This document shows, piece by piece, positions 46,969 through 57,060 of a DNA stretch of 64,000 nucleotides. Below the pieces are notes generated by a model, which had not been told where the DNA came from, did no database searches, and was given only the letters and a program-made list of their open reading frames with translations. Positions within the stretch are counted from its first letter, which is position 1, and each line of letters starts with the position of its first letter. The DNA is from a candidate division FCPU426 bacterium. GTDB taxonomy: Bacteria; Oederibacteriota; Muellerivitia; Muellerivitales; Muellerivitaceae. The translations under genes were made by a program, and so were the position numbers. Location: assembly GCA_963796105.1 (NCBI GenBank), contig CAWCKJ010000004.1, positions 768,001 to 832,000 on the forward strand, in the 5' to 3' direction.

Positions 46969-48867
46969 TTAATGGCTCTTGTTTCCATCGCGGTCATGGC
47001 CCTGTCCCTGGCGGAAAAAAGGTTTGTGGGATGAGCCGGGATGACTTTTCCTGGGAAAACCCCCGCCCGGCTTTCCCCCCTGTCTTGGCCGTCCCTTGAA
47101 TCCGGGACGCCTGGGGAAGAAACCCTCGGGTTTGCGCTCCCAATTTTCCCGGAAAGGCTTGGTCGGCTGGCGGTCATCCAACGGCGCTCCCCCGCCCGAA
47201 GGGGAGTTGGGGCCCTTTTCAGGTCCATGATAAATGAAGGTTTGCCTCTCGGCTCCGGGACGCGCTTCCCCGAATTTCCGGTAATGCTGGTCTGAACGCC
47301 GCTGGTGGCGTCCGTCAGGATGGCGTTCCTTTGGAATGCGGTCTTTTTGCCAAGGCTTGGGAGCGTGCCCCCCCGGGATTTCAGCCCGGTCGTAGCGGTT
47401 GCGGTTCCTGTCTGGATTCGGCCTGGGGCCGTTGAAATTTCCGCTCCTAGCCGGGTCAAAGGTCCTTTTCGGCTTGAAGCGATCCCAGGGCCGTCCCTGG
47501 TTCTCCCGGCGCGTATCTTGGAAAGGCGCGGGACGCCGGTGGGGCCGGAATTCCTCCCGCCTGCGGTTCGGATCGGAATTTTCCAATCGTCCTGGCCCCG
47601 CCCCGGGCCGGCCCCGGTTACCTCCCGCAAACCCTCCCGGCCTTCCCTCGCGGCCCTGTTGTCTAGGTTGGCTCCGAAAATCACCGCGCGGAACGGACGG
47701 CCTCGAAGGGGCGGCGGGATGGGACGCAGATGCCGCTGGCGGCGCGTCCTTCGCGCGGGATGGCTGGGTTTGAATAGTGTTTCTCGGCACTTTCATCAAT
47801 TTCAGGATTCTTTCCCAAAGAGCGTTGTCTTCCCCGGTTAAAAAACAAAGGGAAGACCCCTCGGCCCCGGCACGGGCGGTCCGCCCCACCCGGTGAATGT
47901 AGTCCTCCGGGTTGCGGGGCAGGTCGTAATTGATCACGTGCGCGATATGGTGGATGTCCAGCCCCCGCGCGGCCAAGTCGGTTGCCACCAGGACCCGGTA
48001 ACGGCCCTCGCGGAAATGATCCATGGCCTGCCTTCTCTGGGATTGGCTGCGCCCCCCGTGGACCCTCGTGGCCTTGAAACCCTGGTCCTTGAGGCGAGTC
48101 AGGATCCGGTCTACCCGCCTTTGGGTCCTGGCGAAAACCAGGACTGATCCCTCCCGCGCGTTCAATTCCGCCGCGAGCTCCCGGTCTTTTGCGGATTCAA
48201 GGGTGTAAAGCACCCTTTGGGCGATGGTGGAGACAGGCTGGGTGCTGGATCCCACTTCGATCCTGACGGGATCCTTCAAATAACGGGAAGCCATGGACTT
48301 GATATCCGGGGGAATGGTGGCCGAGAAAAGGAGCGTCTGGCGGTCGGGGGAAAGTTTTCCGCGGATTTCCTCCAGCTGAGGCTCGAATCCCATATCCAGC
48401 ATCCGGTCCGCCTCATCCAGGACCAGGATCCCGACGCGGGCCAGGGAAAGGGTGCCGCGTTTCAAGTGGTCGATGATGCGACCGGGGGTTCCGATGATAA
48501 GCCGGGGTTTGCGCGCGAGCGCGGAAAGCTGGGGGCCCATCGCGTCGCCACCGATCAGCAGGGCCGATATGCCCGCGGGGTTCCCGCCGGAAAGATTCCT
48601 GAGGACCCCGGAAACCTGGATGGCCAATTCCCGAGTGGGCGTCAGTACGAGGGCGCAGCGGTCCTGCTTGGCGTCCAAGTAAGCCAGAAGGGGGATGCCG
48701 AAAGCCGCAGTCTTTCCGGTTCCCGTCTGGGCGGAAGCCACCACGTCCCTGCCTAAAAGCGCCGCGGGAATAGCCTGGGCCTGGACCGGCATGGGCTTGG
48801 TGAATTTCATTCTCTGGAGGGACGATGTCAAAAAAGCAGGCAGATTCAACTCTTGAAAACTTTCCAT
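46969..48867 (-). CDS. DEAD-box RNA helicase with a long R/G/P-rich C-terminal tail
   Basis: Q motif, AQTGTGKT, PTRELA, DEAD, SAT, ARGLD and HRVGRTAR. Confidence 0.96.
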   Translation of the reverse strand: MESFQELNLPAFLTSSLQRMKFTKPMPVQAQAIPAALLGRDVVASAQTGTGKTAAFGIPLLAYLDAKQDRCALVLTPTRELAIQVSGVLRNLSGGNPAGISALLIGGDAMGPQLSALARKPRLIIGTPGRIIDHLKRGTLSLARVGILVLDEADRMLDMGFEPQLEEIRGKLSPDRQTLLFSATIPPDIKSMASRYLKDPVRIEVGSSTQPVSTIAQRVLYTLESAKDRELAAELNAREGSVLVFARTQRRVDRILTRLKDQGFKATRVHGGRSQSQRRQAMDHFREGRYRVLVATDLAARGLDIHHIAHVINYDLPRNPEDYIHRVGRTARAGAEGSSLCFLTGEDNALWERILKLMKVPRNTIQTQPSRAKDAPPAASASHPAAPSRPSVPRGDFRSQPRQQGREGRPGGFAGGNRGRPGAGPGRLENSDPNRRREEFRPHRRPAPFQDTRRENQGRPWDRFKPKRTFDPARSGNFNGPRPNPDRNRNRYDRAEIPGGHAPKPWQKDRIPKERHPDGRHQRRSDQHYRKFGEARPGAERQTFIYHGPEKGPNSPSGGGAPLDDRQPTKPFRENWERKPEGFFPRRPGFKGRPRQGGKPGGGFPRKSHPGSSHKPFFRQGQGHDRDGNKSH

Positions 48868-48999
48868 GATTTCCTTTTCTGGTTTATTTACTGGGGAATG
48901 GGGGGTTGGGCCGGTCTCAGTTTCCCTTAAACCAGGTTGTTTTTCCATCCATTTCCCTCATTAATTGAAAGGTACTTTTCTTCCTGCCCGGCCCCAACT

Positions 49000-50289
49000 T
49001 CAACGAACCAGGAGAATCCGCCTCATTTGAGTCTGAAAAGGCTCGGCGAGGTAGAGAATATAGACTCCGCTGGCGCAGGAATCTCCGTAGGCATTGGTCC
49101 CATCCCAGGTGTAGGAGCGGGCGATCGGGGCGTTGAGGTATTGCTCATCCAGCGTTTTCACCCTTTCCCCCGCTGAGTTGTAGATCCAAAAGCCGTAATT
49201 GCCAGGATAGCTCGGGTAGGCCACAAAGATGGAAACAGGCCCCTGCGCCGGAAGGAGAAGATTTTTTGATACGGTAAAAGCTATTTGCGGGGTGGCGGTA
49301 GGGGTGCAGGTGTTTCCCGGCCAGCCGCAAGGCGTGGCTGTGTTGGTGAGCGTAAAAGTGGAAGTGGGGGTGAAAGTCTGCGTAGGCGTTCCGGTTTCAG
49401 TGGGGGTATTCGTAATAGTGGGTGAGTAGGTCCAGGTAAGGGTGAATGTAGGGGTCCGGGAGAAGGTCGGGGTCTTGGTGGGCGTGGGTGTCTTGGTCAG
49501 GGTGGGTGTCCAGGTGGATGTAAAGGTGTAAGTGGGAGTACGGGTATTGGTGGGAGTGGCGGTGGGAGTAGGGGTAATGGTGTCGGTCGGGGTGGAAGTG
49601 GGAGTGGAAGTCGCCGTGGGAAGGGGAGTGGGAAGGGTAATCACCTGACGCCAGTAAAGGATACCGCAATATTCAGCGGTGGCAGCGGCGCTGTAGGAAA
49701 TAGGGACAATAGTAACGCCCGTGGAGGGATTAGTAATGCGATGAGCGTAGGTTGAGCCGGTGACGACGACTCCGGTTTGATCGAAATATCCCGCGGGCGG
49801 ACTGTAACTTACCGAGGTCCAATCGTTATTGCCGCCGTCCAGGGGAGGAGGCGAGTCCCCGACGCAGGTAGTCCCCCCATTGGGATCCCAATAAAGGGAG
49901 AGTCCCGGAGCTGCGGGATTTTCGCTGGTAGTCACCACGTCCCCTCCGCCCTGACAGGTAAAATCCAAGGCCCAGGAACTGAAAACCTGTACGGGGTTGT
50001 TATTGATGGTTTCCACCGCCAGGGTCAATCCTGGTCCCGTGAGGGCCTCCGGGGGCAATGTCAAGGGCCCTGATGGGGTGCACCCGTTGCCGCAGAAGGA
50101 GACCGACCCCACGTAAACCCCGTTCACCCAAACCATGGTGATGTCGTCTCCGGAGACCCAAATCTGTCCCGTGGTCGGCATGCATTGCGCCCCGGCCCTC
50201 CGGACTTCTAAGGGACTCAGGATCAAGGTGAAAAGAATCAATAGTATTGAAAACTTCAAAGGGAATTTCGTTTTCAGGCCCTTTCTCAT
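49000..50289 (-). CDS. Secreted Cys-containing beta-sandwich protein with a Thr/Pro linker and a FlgD/T9SS-like C-terminal domain
   Basis: Signal peptide (AGA|Q); GDD...VWVNG; T/P linker; [12 protein letters not shown]...WDGTN..G...ASGVY...RRILLVR. Confidence 0.8.
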   Translation of the reverse strand: MRKGLKTKFPLKFSILLILFTLILSPLEVRRAGAQCMPTTGQIWVSGDDITMVWVNGVYVGSVSFCGNGCTPSGPLTLPPEALTGPGLTLAVETINNNPVQVFSSWALDFTCQGGGDVVTTSENPAAPGLSLYWDPNGGTTCVGDSPPPLDGGNNDWTSVSYSPPAGYFDQTGVVVTGSTYAHRITNPSTGVTIVPISYSAAATAEYCGILYWRQVITLPTPLPTATSTPTSTPTDTITPTPTATPTNTRTPTYTFTSTWTPTLTKTPTPTKTPTFSRTPTFTLTWTYSPTITNTPTETGTPTQTFTPTSTFTLTNTATPCGWPGNTCTPTATPQIAFTVSKNLLLPAQGPVSIFVAYPSYPGNYGFWIYNSAGERVKTLDEQYLNAPIARSYTWDGTNAYGDSCASGVYILYLAEPFQTQMRRILLVR

Positions 50290-50490
50290 TTAAGAACTCG
50301 GCCGTCCTCTGGAAGAAGTTTGCAAGTTATCGGAGAAAATTAAATTGACCTCGCGGACGCAAGGGATTAAAGGCGGCGCGGACAATTATCTTCCGCCATT
50401 CAAGGGGCCAAGTAAACTGTCATTCAACTTTAATTCAAGGTTGTTATGACGATTGGATGAAACCGGTTTTTTCAGGACGATATAAAAGTT

Positions 50491-51009
50491 TTAGTTGTCG
50501 CTCAAATTCCAGGCATATTTCACAGGTTTGAAAATCTTTCCCCCGATTTCTAATTCACCGTCATAGGGTTCCAGGACGCCGCCGGTGGACTCGTAAAACC
50601 TGCGGTAGGGATTCTCGGCGAAAACATAAACGACCATTTTATGGAACCCCATTTCCAACAGGTTTTTAACGCAGACATCGAACAATTTCCGGCCGATCCC
50701 CCTACCTTGGAATTCCTTGAGCAGGTAAATGGCGTAAAGTTCCCCCGTGCCTGGTTCCGGGTTTTTGCGTTGCGCGCCCCCGACGATAAACCCAACCACC
50801 TCTTTTTCCTCTTCCGCCACGTAGAAAAATCGGCTCTTGGAACCGCCGGTCATGTCGTCCTCGAACCTCTTGGCGCTGGTTTGGGGGTTCATGCCTTCCA
50901 AATAGGCGTCGGAAACGATCCCCCGATAGGTGGTTTTCCAGCTTTCCACATGGACTTTCCCCATCTGGGGGGCGTCCGATAAGATGGCTTTCCGAATAAT
51001 CATCGTCAT
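50491..51009 (-). CDS. GNAT N-acetyltransferase
   Basis: VHVESWKTTYRG, ELYAIYL..xQGRGIG and NPxRRFYE. Confidence 0.92.
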   Translation of the reverse strand: MTMIIRKAILSDAPQMGKVHVESWKTTYRGIVSDAYLEGMNPQTSAKRFEDDMTGGSKSRFFYVAEEEKEVVGFIVGGAQRKNPEPGTGELYAIYLLKEFQGRGIGRKLFDVCVKNLLEMGFHKMVVYVFAENPYRRFYESTGGVLEPYDGELEIGGKIFKPVKYAWNLSDN

Positions 51010-51064
51010 TGCCCGTCGAGAAGCGTTGATTCACGACTTTTATATCACTTAGATATTGCGCTTT

Positions 51065-51328
51065 TTATTCACCAACAAATGTTTTATCTAAGTGCAGGAA
51101 AATCCGCTGGGTTTCTTCCGGGGTAAAGTCGGTCCCGTAAAAACGCGTGAAAAGCCGCCGGCGCATTTCCCGGGGATCGTCCCGGCCCATTTCCCGCTGG
51201 ATCCCAGCCATGGCCAGTTCCTTGGCCGCGGTAAACATCTCACAGCCCATCCGCAGGCGCTCGGCGGGGGGGACTTTTTTCCACATTTCCAAGTAAAGGG
51301 CTTCCATATCCGGGGAGGTATCCGTCAA
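51065..51328 (-). CDS. Small helical protein, partner of the nucleotidyltransferase
   Basis: TDTSP...YLEMWKKVPPAERLRM; a probable TTG start overlaps the upstream TGA. Confidence 0.65.
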   Translation of the reverse strand: MTDTSPDMEALYLEMWKKVPPAERLRMGCEMFTAAKELAMAGIQREMGRDDPREMRRRLFTRFYGTDFTPEETQRIFLHLDKTFVGE

Positions 51329-51873
51329 GGTTTCAACTCCTGAAGCAACGCGTGAACACCGAGCACAATGGCCCATTTATGCAGGTATTCGTCATCCAAT
51401 TTGGGCGATAAAGACAAAAGACTGCGGATGTCCCGCCTTTGGACTTCGGAGCCCGAATCTTTTGACCAAACCAATTTGGAAAGAATCAAGTCTTCCGGGG
51501 ATGTGACAAAAATCCTCGTCCCATCCTTCAAAGCAATGGGCTGCCTCCGGTTGAATTCAACCTTCCGGTACTCGGTGTTCTTCCGAACGATAAAATCCAC
51601 TTTGATCATCCAGGTGTTGTGTATGGCATTGAACATGGATTGCTGTTGAATTGCCTTTTGGATCGCGCTTTCGTCCAGGTAAAAATCCGAGGAAAATGTC
51701 TCGAACAAAAGCCGGGCATCTGATGGCTTTAATTCCACCACGAGGTCGATATCGCGGGTCATCCGGGGTTGGGCGTAAAAGTCCAATGCCGAGGAGCCCG
51801 TGATCATGTAGGGTATTCCGGCTTTCTCGAGCTGGCCGGTAACGAGTTTAATCAATTCAATCTGGTCGTTCAT
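51325..51873 (-). CDS. Nucleotidyltransferase-fold protein
   Basis: YMITGS.A...PRMTRDIDLV, KVDF and SPEDLILSKL motifs. Confidence 0.85.
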   Translation of the reverse strand: MNDQIELIKLVTGQLEKAGIPYMITGSSALDFYAQPRMTRDIDLVVELKPSDARLLFETFSSDFYLDESAIQKAIQQQSMFNAIHNTWMIKVDFIVRKNTEYRKVEFNRRQPIALKDGTRIFVTSPEDLILSKLVWSKDSGSEVQRRDIRSLLSLSPKLDDEYLHKWAIVLGVHALLQELKP

Positions 51874-51940
51874 GGATGAATCTTAGCACGGTCCGCCTTG
51901 GGTGGACCGTTGTTTTTATAACCGATAAAGGCGTTCTTCC

Positions 51941-52567
51941 TTATCCCAGGGTTTTCAGGATCGCCGCGGAATCCTCCACGATGAACATCCTCGCCATGTT
52001 CAAAAGGGATCTCTCGTGGGCTTCCTTGTCCATGGACGACACACAGTCGGAAATCACGACCGGATAGAAACCCCTGGCGGCCGCGTCGCGGGCCGAGGCT
52101 TCCACCCCGATTTCGGTCGCGATGCCGGTGAAGAGCAGGGTCTTGATGCCCCGGTTTCGCATCATGGCCTCGAAGTTCGTGCCCAGGAAGATATTGGCCG
52201 TGGGTTTTTCCAGCGTCACGTCGCCAGGTTGAGGTGCCACGGTGGGGGCCACCTCGCGGTCCCTTGACCCCGGCGCCATGAAGACCGGCAGTTTGGCCGG
52301 GTCATCCACCCGGTACCGCTTCATCATCGAGTAGACAGCCCAGGAGGACTGGAATCCCTGGGGCGGGGGAGTGATGAGGGTATAAACCACCGGCATTTTC
52401 CCTCGGAGGGTTTCCACCACCTTTTTCAATTTCTCCAGGAAAATTTCCTTGTTGAAAATCCGGTCCACGAGGCCGTTTTGGACGTCCCAGACCACCAGGC
52501 AGGAGTGGCTGGGGTTGGCGATCTCCCCGAGATTTTCATAGATTTCCATCCCGTTAAAATTCCTCAT
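51941..52567 (-). CDS. Isochorismatase/cysteine-hydrolase family protein (YecD-like)
   Basis: VVWDVQN, LEKP and GIATEIGVEASARDA. Confidence 0.88.
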   Translation of the reverse strand: MRNFNGMEIYENLGEIANPSHSCLVVWDVQNGLVDRIFNKEIFLEKLKKVVETLRGKMPVVYTLITPPPQGFQSSWAVYSMMKRYRVDDPAKLPVFMAPGSRDREVAPTVAPQPGDVTLEKPTANIFLGTNFEAMMRNRGIKTLLFTGIATEIGVEASARDAAARGFYPVVISDCVSSMDKEAHERSLLNMARMFIVEDSAAILKTLG

Positions 52568-54558
52568 TTCGCTTCTCCTTTATTCCCGGCTTTCGCGAGA
52601 ACCTCGTTGATTTTTTGCTGGAGGCCCGCGTTGCCCGGCTGGATTTTATCGGCCGATTGGTACATCTTGAGCGAATCCCAAAAATTTCCCTGCTCCTCGT
52701 AGAGGTTCCCCAATCTCAGGTAAAAAACAGCCTCATTCGGGGAAATCATGAGCCCCTTCTTGTACCAAACGAGGGCCTCCTTGATGTTTTTGCGCTTATG
52801 GTAATAGGAACCCAGGCTGTCCAGGTATTCCGGGTTGAAGGGGTCCAGCGAACAGGCTGTCTTCAAAGCTTCTTCCGATTCCTTGAATCTTTTCAAGTTC
52901 CAATAAGTGACTCCCAGGTCGCTGTAAGCTTTGGAATAACTTGGGTTGGTATTGAGCAAAACCTGAAGCGCCCGCAGGGCCTCCTGGTGCTTTCCCTGGG
53001 CCTCCAAGGAATACCAGAGGCGGTGGTAAAGATCGGACGGGACATTCCCGTTGTAAAGCGAGATAGCCTGCTGGAACTCCATCACGGCCTCTTTGTGACT
53101 GTGAAGATTCGAGAGGATCGTTCCCTTCTCGTCGTGGTAAAGGGGGTCCGGCGGGGGAATCGCGAGGGCCCGGTCGTATTCCATCAGGGCGTCCGCCACC
53201 CGGCCGGCTTTCGCGTAAGTCCTGGCGAGATCCGCGTGAACCAAGGCGACATCGGGGTTCACCCTGGCCACATCCCGCCAAAGGTTGATGGAATTCTCCC
53301 AGACCCCCATCTGCCGGAGGGTTCCCGCTCCAAGCGCTCCCGCTAGTAACAGGGAAAGAAACATAAGTTGATCCGGTTTTTTCGAGAAAAGATAAGCCAG
53401 GAAGCCTGAAACCAGGATGAACAACCCCAGGCTGGGCAGATAAGTATATCGGTCCGCGGCGGCCTGCATTCCCGCCTGGACAAGGCCCAGGACCGGGATT
53501 TCCGTGAGGATGTAATAGACCCAGGCCGCGGCCAGGTAGGGTTTCTCCTTTCGGAGCGCAAAACAAACCGCCGAGATTCCCAGGATCAATAAAGCCGACA
53601 GGAGGTTGGCCAGCGAGAAGGGGTCCTGATTCTCGCTAATCGGATAAAAGGGTGTCAGGTGCCAGGGAACGGCCATCTTGACGAGGTAAAAACTCAGCGA
53701 GTGGAAGGAGTTCATGATCCGGTCGACGGGTGAGAATTTTTGAAGGTTGATCAGGGCGGAGGATTGGTATTGGGCCAGGATCGTCAAGGCGACCAAGGCG
53801 GCGCCGGCCGCCAGGAAAAGGATTTTTTCCCTCAATAATCTGGCAAGGCCCAGCCGGTACCGGCCCAAGGGCCAGGCGTCCAGGATCAAGAGCACCAGCG
53901 GAAGCGACATGGCCATGGGCTTGGACATCAAGGCCAGCAGGAACAAACAAAAACTGGCCCTTAATTTCCAGGGCTTGGATTCCTTCCGGGAGGCGTAATC
54001 CAGGTAAACCAGCAGGCTGGCCAGGTAGAAAAAAGCGCACAAGACATCTTTTCGTTCCGAGGCCCAAGCGACGGATTCCACGTGGATGGGATGGAGCCCG
54101 AACAGAAGGGATGCCAGGACCGCTCCCGCGCTTTCGTAGAAGCGGCCTTTCGCGTCAGAAGGAGCAGGTCCCCCCGTCAATACGGGTTGGATCAGACGCA
54201 AACTCAAGAAAAAAACCAGGATAGTGTTCAGGCAATGAAGGAGGACGTTGTGTAGGTGATAGACCCAGGGGTTCAACCCGGCCCATTTGTAATCCAGGGC
54301 CAGGGACATCCAGGTCAGGGGGATCCAGTTGCCCGTGTAAAAAGTGGTCCACATCCATTGGAGGTTGGAAAGCTGAAAGGAGCGGATATGGGGATTGTCG
54401 GTGATGTAAACCGGGTCGTCCCAGAGCACCAACTCATGGCGCAGGACGGGGAGGTAAAAAAACAAGACGATAAAGGCTGGCAGGAGGGAAAGGAACCAGT
54501 AAAGGCTTCCCGCGAACTCCGCTCCCCCCTGGGGCATTGAATTTTTTTCGCTCGGCAT
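52564..54558 (-). CDS. TMTC-like GT-C membrane protein with C-terminal TPRs (putative protein O-glycosyltransferase)
   Basis: WDD, W.PLT, HP.HVESVAW.SERKD, SKP and ADRYTYLP, then TPR repeats. Start uncertain. Confidence 0.85.
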   Translation of the reverse strand: MPSEKNSMPQGGAEFAGSLYWFLSLLPAFIVLFFYLPVLRHELVLWDDPVYITDNPHIRSFQLSNLQWMWTTFYTGNWIPLTWMSLALDYKWAGLNPWVYHLHNVLLHCLNTILVFFLSLRLIQPVLTGGPAPSDAKGRFYESAGAVLASLLFGLHPIHVESVAWASERKDVLCAFFYLASLLVYLDYASRKESKPWKLRASFCLFLLALMSKPMAMSLPLVLLILDAWPLGRYRLGLARLLREKILFLAAGAALVALTILAQYQSSALINLQKFSPVDRIMNSFHSLSFYLVKMAVPWHLTPFYPISENQDPFSLANLLSALLILGISAVCFALRKEKPYLAAAWVYYILTEIPVLGLVQAGMQAAADRYTYLPSLGLFILVSGFLAYLFSKKPDQLMFLSLLLAGALGAGTLRQMGVWENSINLWRDVARVNPDVALVHADLARTYAKAGRVADALMEYDRALAIPPPDPLYHDEKGTILSNLHSHKEAVMEFQQAISLYNGNVPSDLYHRLWYSLEAQGKHQEALRALQVLLNTNPSYSKAYSDLGVTYWNLKRFKESEEALKTACSLDPFNPEYLDSLGSYYHKRKNIKEALVWYKKGLMISPNEAVFYLRLGNLYEEQGNFWDSLKMYQSADKIQPGNAGLQQKINEVLAKAGNKGEAK

Positions 54559-54730
54559 GGTCTTCTCCCGGAAAAAGCGCATTCTAACAAATCCCCCGCC
54601 CTTGGGCAAAAAGAGGGAAATGCGCGTGACGGGGCTGAAAAAAACACCTTTTTCAGCCCTTCCCTCCATTTGAGGTATGAAAAAAAGCCGTGCCCCCTGC
54701 TAGAATGGGCGCCGAATTCAAGGAGAACTT

Positions 54731-55831
54731 ATGGCCTCGCAGTTCAAAATCTCAAGGCAGAACATTTTCGTTATCGCCTTTTTCGTCCTGCTCATTGGGC
54801 TTCTCAGCCTATTGCTGACCATTTTACACCCCTTCCTCCGGGCGTTTGTCTGGGCCACCATCCTGGTTATGGTCTTTTACCCGCTCTACTCCCGCGTCCT
54901 CTCCTGGACCGGCGACCGCCGGAACCTGGCTTCCCTGCTGATCACGATCCTGGTTCTCGCTTTTTTCGCCGGGCCGGGTACCTTCGTGGTGGTCAACATG
55001 GGAAGGGAGCTTCCCCGCGCCTACGCCTTCCTTTCCTCCTCCCAATGGGACGATAAAAGCCAGTGGCTCCTGGACAAATTGAAGTCCGTTCACGTGGACT
55101 CCTGGCTTCAAAACTGGGGGGTGGACCCCAGCCAGACGGAAGGGGTCCTGCGCAAGGAATTGCTCGGTGTCTTGCAGGGTCTCTCCCAAATGGTCCTGGA
55201 CAAGGTCTCATATTTCTTCAAGAACCTGGCCGGCGTGATCCTGGAGGTCTTGTTCGCCGCGGTGGCTTTATTCTTCTTTTTCCGCGACGGGGCGCGCCTG
55301 GCCCTCAGGGCCATTGAGACACTTCCCCTGGAAAAGAAGCACCGGGAAAAGGTCGTTCACACCTTTTCCGTGACGGTCACGGCGGTAGTCAGGGCCATCT
55401 TCCTCACAGCCCTCCTGCAGGGGTTCTTAGCCTGCATGGGTTTTCTTTTTACCGGCGCCCCCGTGCCCATTCTTCTGGGGCTGGTCGCCTTCGTGAACTC
55501 CTTCATTCCTTTCCTGGGAGCCGCCTCGGTGTGGATTCCCGTTTGTATCTGGTTTTTCTACCAGGGACAGACAGCCACTGCGGTGGGCCTGGCCTGCTGG
55601 GGAATCGTCATCACCATCGTGGACCACATCATGAGGCCCTGGCTGATCGGCAACGAGGCCAAGCTTCCTATTTTCTGGTTGTTCTTTACCACCATCGGCG
55701 GCTTGCAGGTTTACGGTTTACTGGGGATTTTCCTGGGACCCATCATCCTTTCCCTCGTCATGGCCTTTCTGGCCATCTACCGGGAGGTTTACCTGCACCT
55801 CAAGACGCCCGCCAAAGCCCCCAAGTCTTAA
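54731..55831 (+). CDS. AI-2E family transporter
   Basis: FFFFRDG, SFIPFLG, DHIMRP and GGLQVYGLLGIFLGP. Confidence 0.9.
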   Translation: MASQFKISRQNIFVIAFFVLLIGLLSLLLTILHPFLRAFVWATILVMVFYPLYSRVLSWTGDRRNLASLLITILVLAFFAGPGTFVVVNMGRELPRAYAFLSSSQWDDKSQWLLDKLKSVHVDSWLQNWGVDPSQTEGVLRKELLGVLQGLSQMVLDKVSYFFKNLAGVILEVLFAAVALFFFFRDGARLALRAIETLPLEKKHREKVVHTFSVTVTAVVRAIFLTALLQGFLACMGFLFTGAPVPILLGLVAFVNSFIPFLGAASVWIPVCIWFFYQGQTATAVGLACWGIVITIVDHIMRPWLIGNEAKLPIFWLFFTTIGGLQVYGLLGIFLGPIILSLVMAFLAIYREVYLHLKTPAKAPKS

Positions 55832-55911
55832 TATTCCCCGGCCTTATTGCTTTCCTCCGGGGAGGGCTGACAATATTCATGGATCGTCAAGAAAGTTAGA
55901 GGAGGGAATGT

Positions 55912-57060
55912 ATGCGTTACAGATCACTTGGCAGTACCGGATTTAAGGTAAGCGAAATCGGCTTCGGGGCTTGGGCTATCGGAGGCGCCTGGTGGGGCCC
56001 CCAGGACGATGAGGACTCCAGGCTGGCCCTTCACAAGGCCCTCGACATGGGCTGCAACTTCATCGACACCGCGGCGGTTTACGGCGACGGCCACAGTGAG
56101 AGACTTATCGGGGGCGTCCTCAAGGAACGGGGGGAACACCCGGTCGTGGCCACCAAGGTTCCCCCCAAGAACTGGCAGTGGGACAACAAGCCAGGAACCT
56201 CCCTGGAGCAGGCCTTTCCCCCTGATTGGGTCTGCGCCTCCGTGGAGAAATCCCTGGGGAACCTTGGACTCGACTGCCTGGACGTTTTACAACTGCATAC
56301 CTGGATGGGGGAATGGAATTCCCAAGCGGAACCTCTTCTTGAGGGGATCGCCAAGCTTAAAAAAGAAGGCAAGATCCGGGCTTTCGGGATCTCCCTGAGG
56401 GATAAGGGGCCGGAGGAAGCCAATGACCTCATCCGCTGGAGGCAGGTGGATACTCTCCAGGTCTTTTTCAACCTTCTCTACCAGGACCCCCTCTGGAAGC
56501 TTTTTCCCCTGGCCAAACAATACGGGACGGGAATCATAGCCCGTGTGCCCATGGCTTTCGGGGCCTTGACTGGAAAATTCACCGCCCACACGCGTTTCGT
56601 GGGGGATGACCACCGCCGCAACCTTTACATGGGCGAAAACCTGAAAACCACTTTATTGAAGTTGGATAAATTGAAATTCCTCAAAAACGCCTCCCGCCCC
56701 TTGGCGGAAGCGGCCTTGAAGTGGACTTTAGCCTATCCAGAGGTTTCCACCTCCATCCCGGGAATCCGCAACCTCCGGCAGGCCGATTTGAATTGCGCCG
56801 CGGGGGTCGGCCCGGTTTTGAAAAACGCCGAGGTGAAAAAAGCGGAGAAGCTATATCTAAAAAATTTCGGACTACCGGTAAAAAAAGTTTCCTCCCTGGA
56901 TGGAATCCACGCGGTGCTTCTTTCTGGGTTTAAGCTGGATTCCCCAAAAGCGCCCAAAGGGAAGGCGAGTCGACCGCCCCGAAAGAAAACAGCGGGCAAA
57001 AAAGTCAAAAAACACGTGAGGAAAAAGAAATCCCGCCCAGCGAAGAAAAATAAAAAATGA
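55912..57060 (+). CDS. Aldo/keto reductase with a Lys-rich C-terminal tail
   Basis: VSEIGFG, FIDTAAVYG, ATK, LQLH and IPG motifs. Confidence 0.93.
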   Translation: MRYRSLGSTGFKVSEIGFGAWAIGGAWWGPQDDEDSRLALHKALDMGCNFIDTAAVYGDGHSERLIGGVLKERGEHPVVATKVPPKNWQWDNKPGTSLEQAFPPDWVCASVEKSLGNLGLDCLDVLQLHTWMGEWNSQAEPLLEGIAKLKKEGKIRAFGISLRDKGPEEANDLIRWRQVDTLQVFFNLLYQDPLWKLFPLAKQYGTGIIARVPMAFGALTGKFTAHTRFVGDDHRRNLYMGENLKTTLLKLDKLKFLKNASRPLAEAALKWTLAYPEVSTSIPGIRNLRQADLNCAAGVGPVLKNAEVKKAEKLYLKNFGLPVKKVSSLDGIHAVLLSGFKLDSPKAPKGKASRPPRKKTAGKKVKKHVRKKKSRPAKKNKK

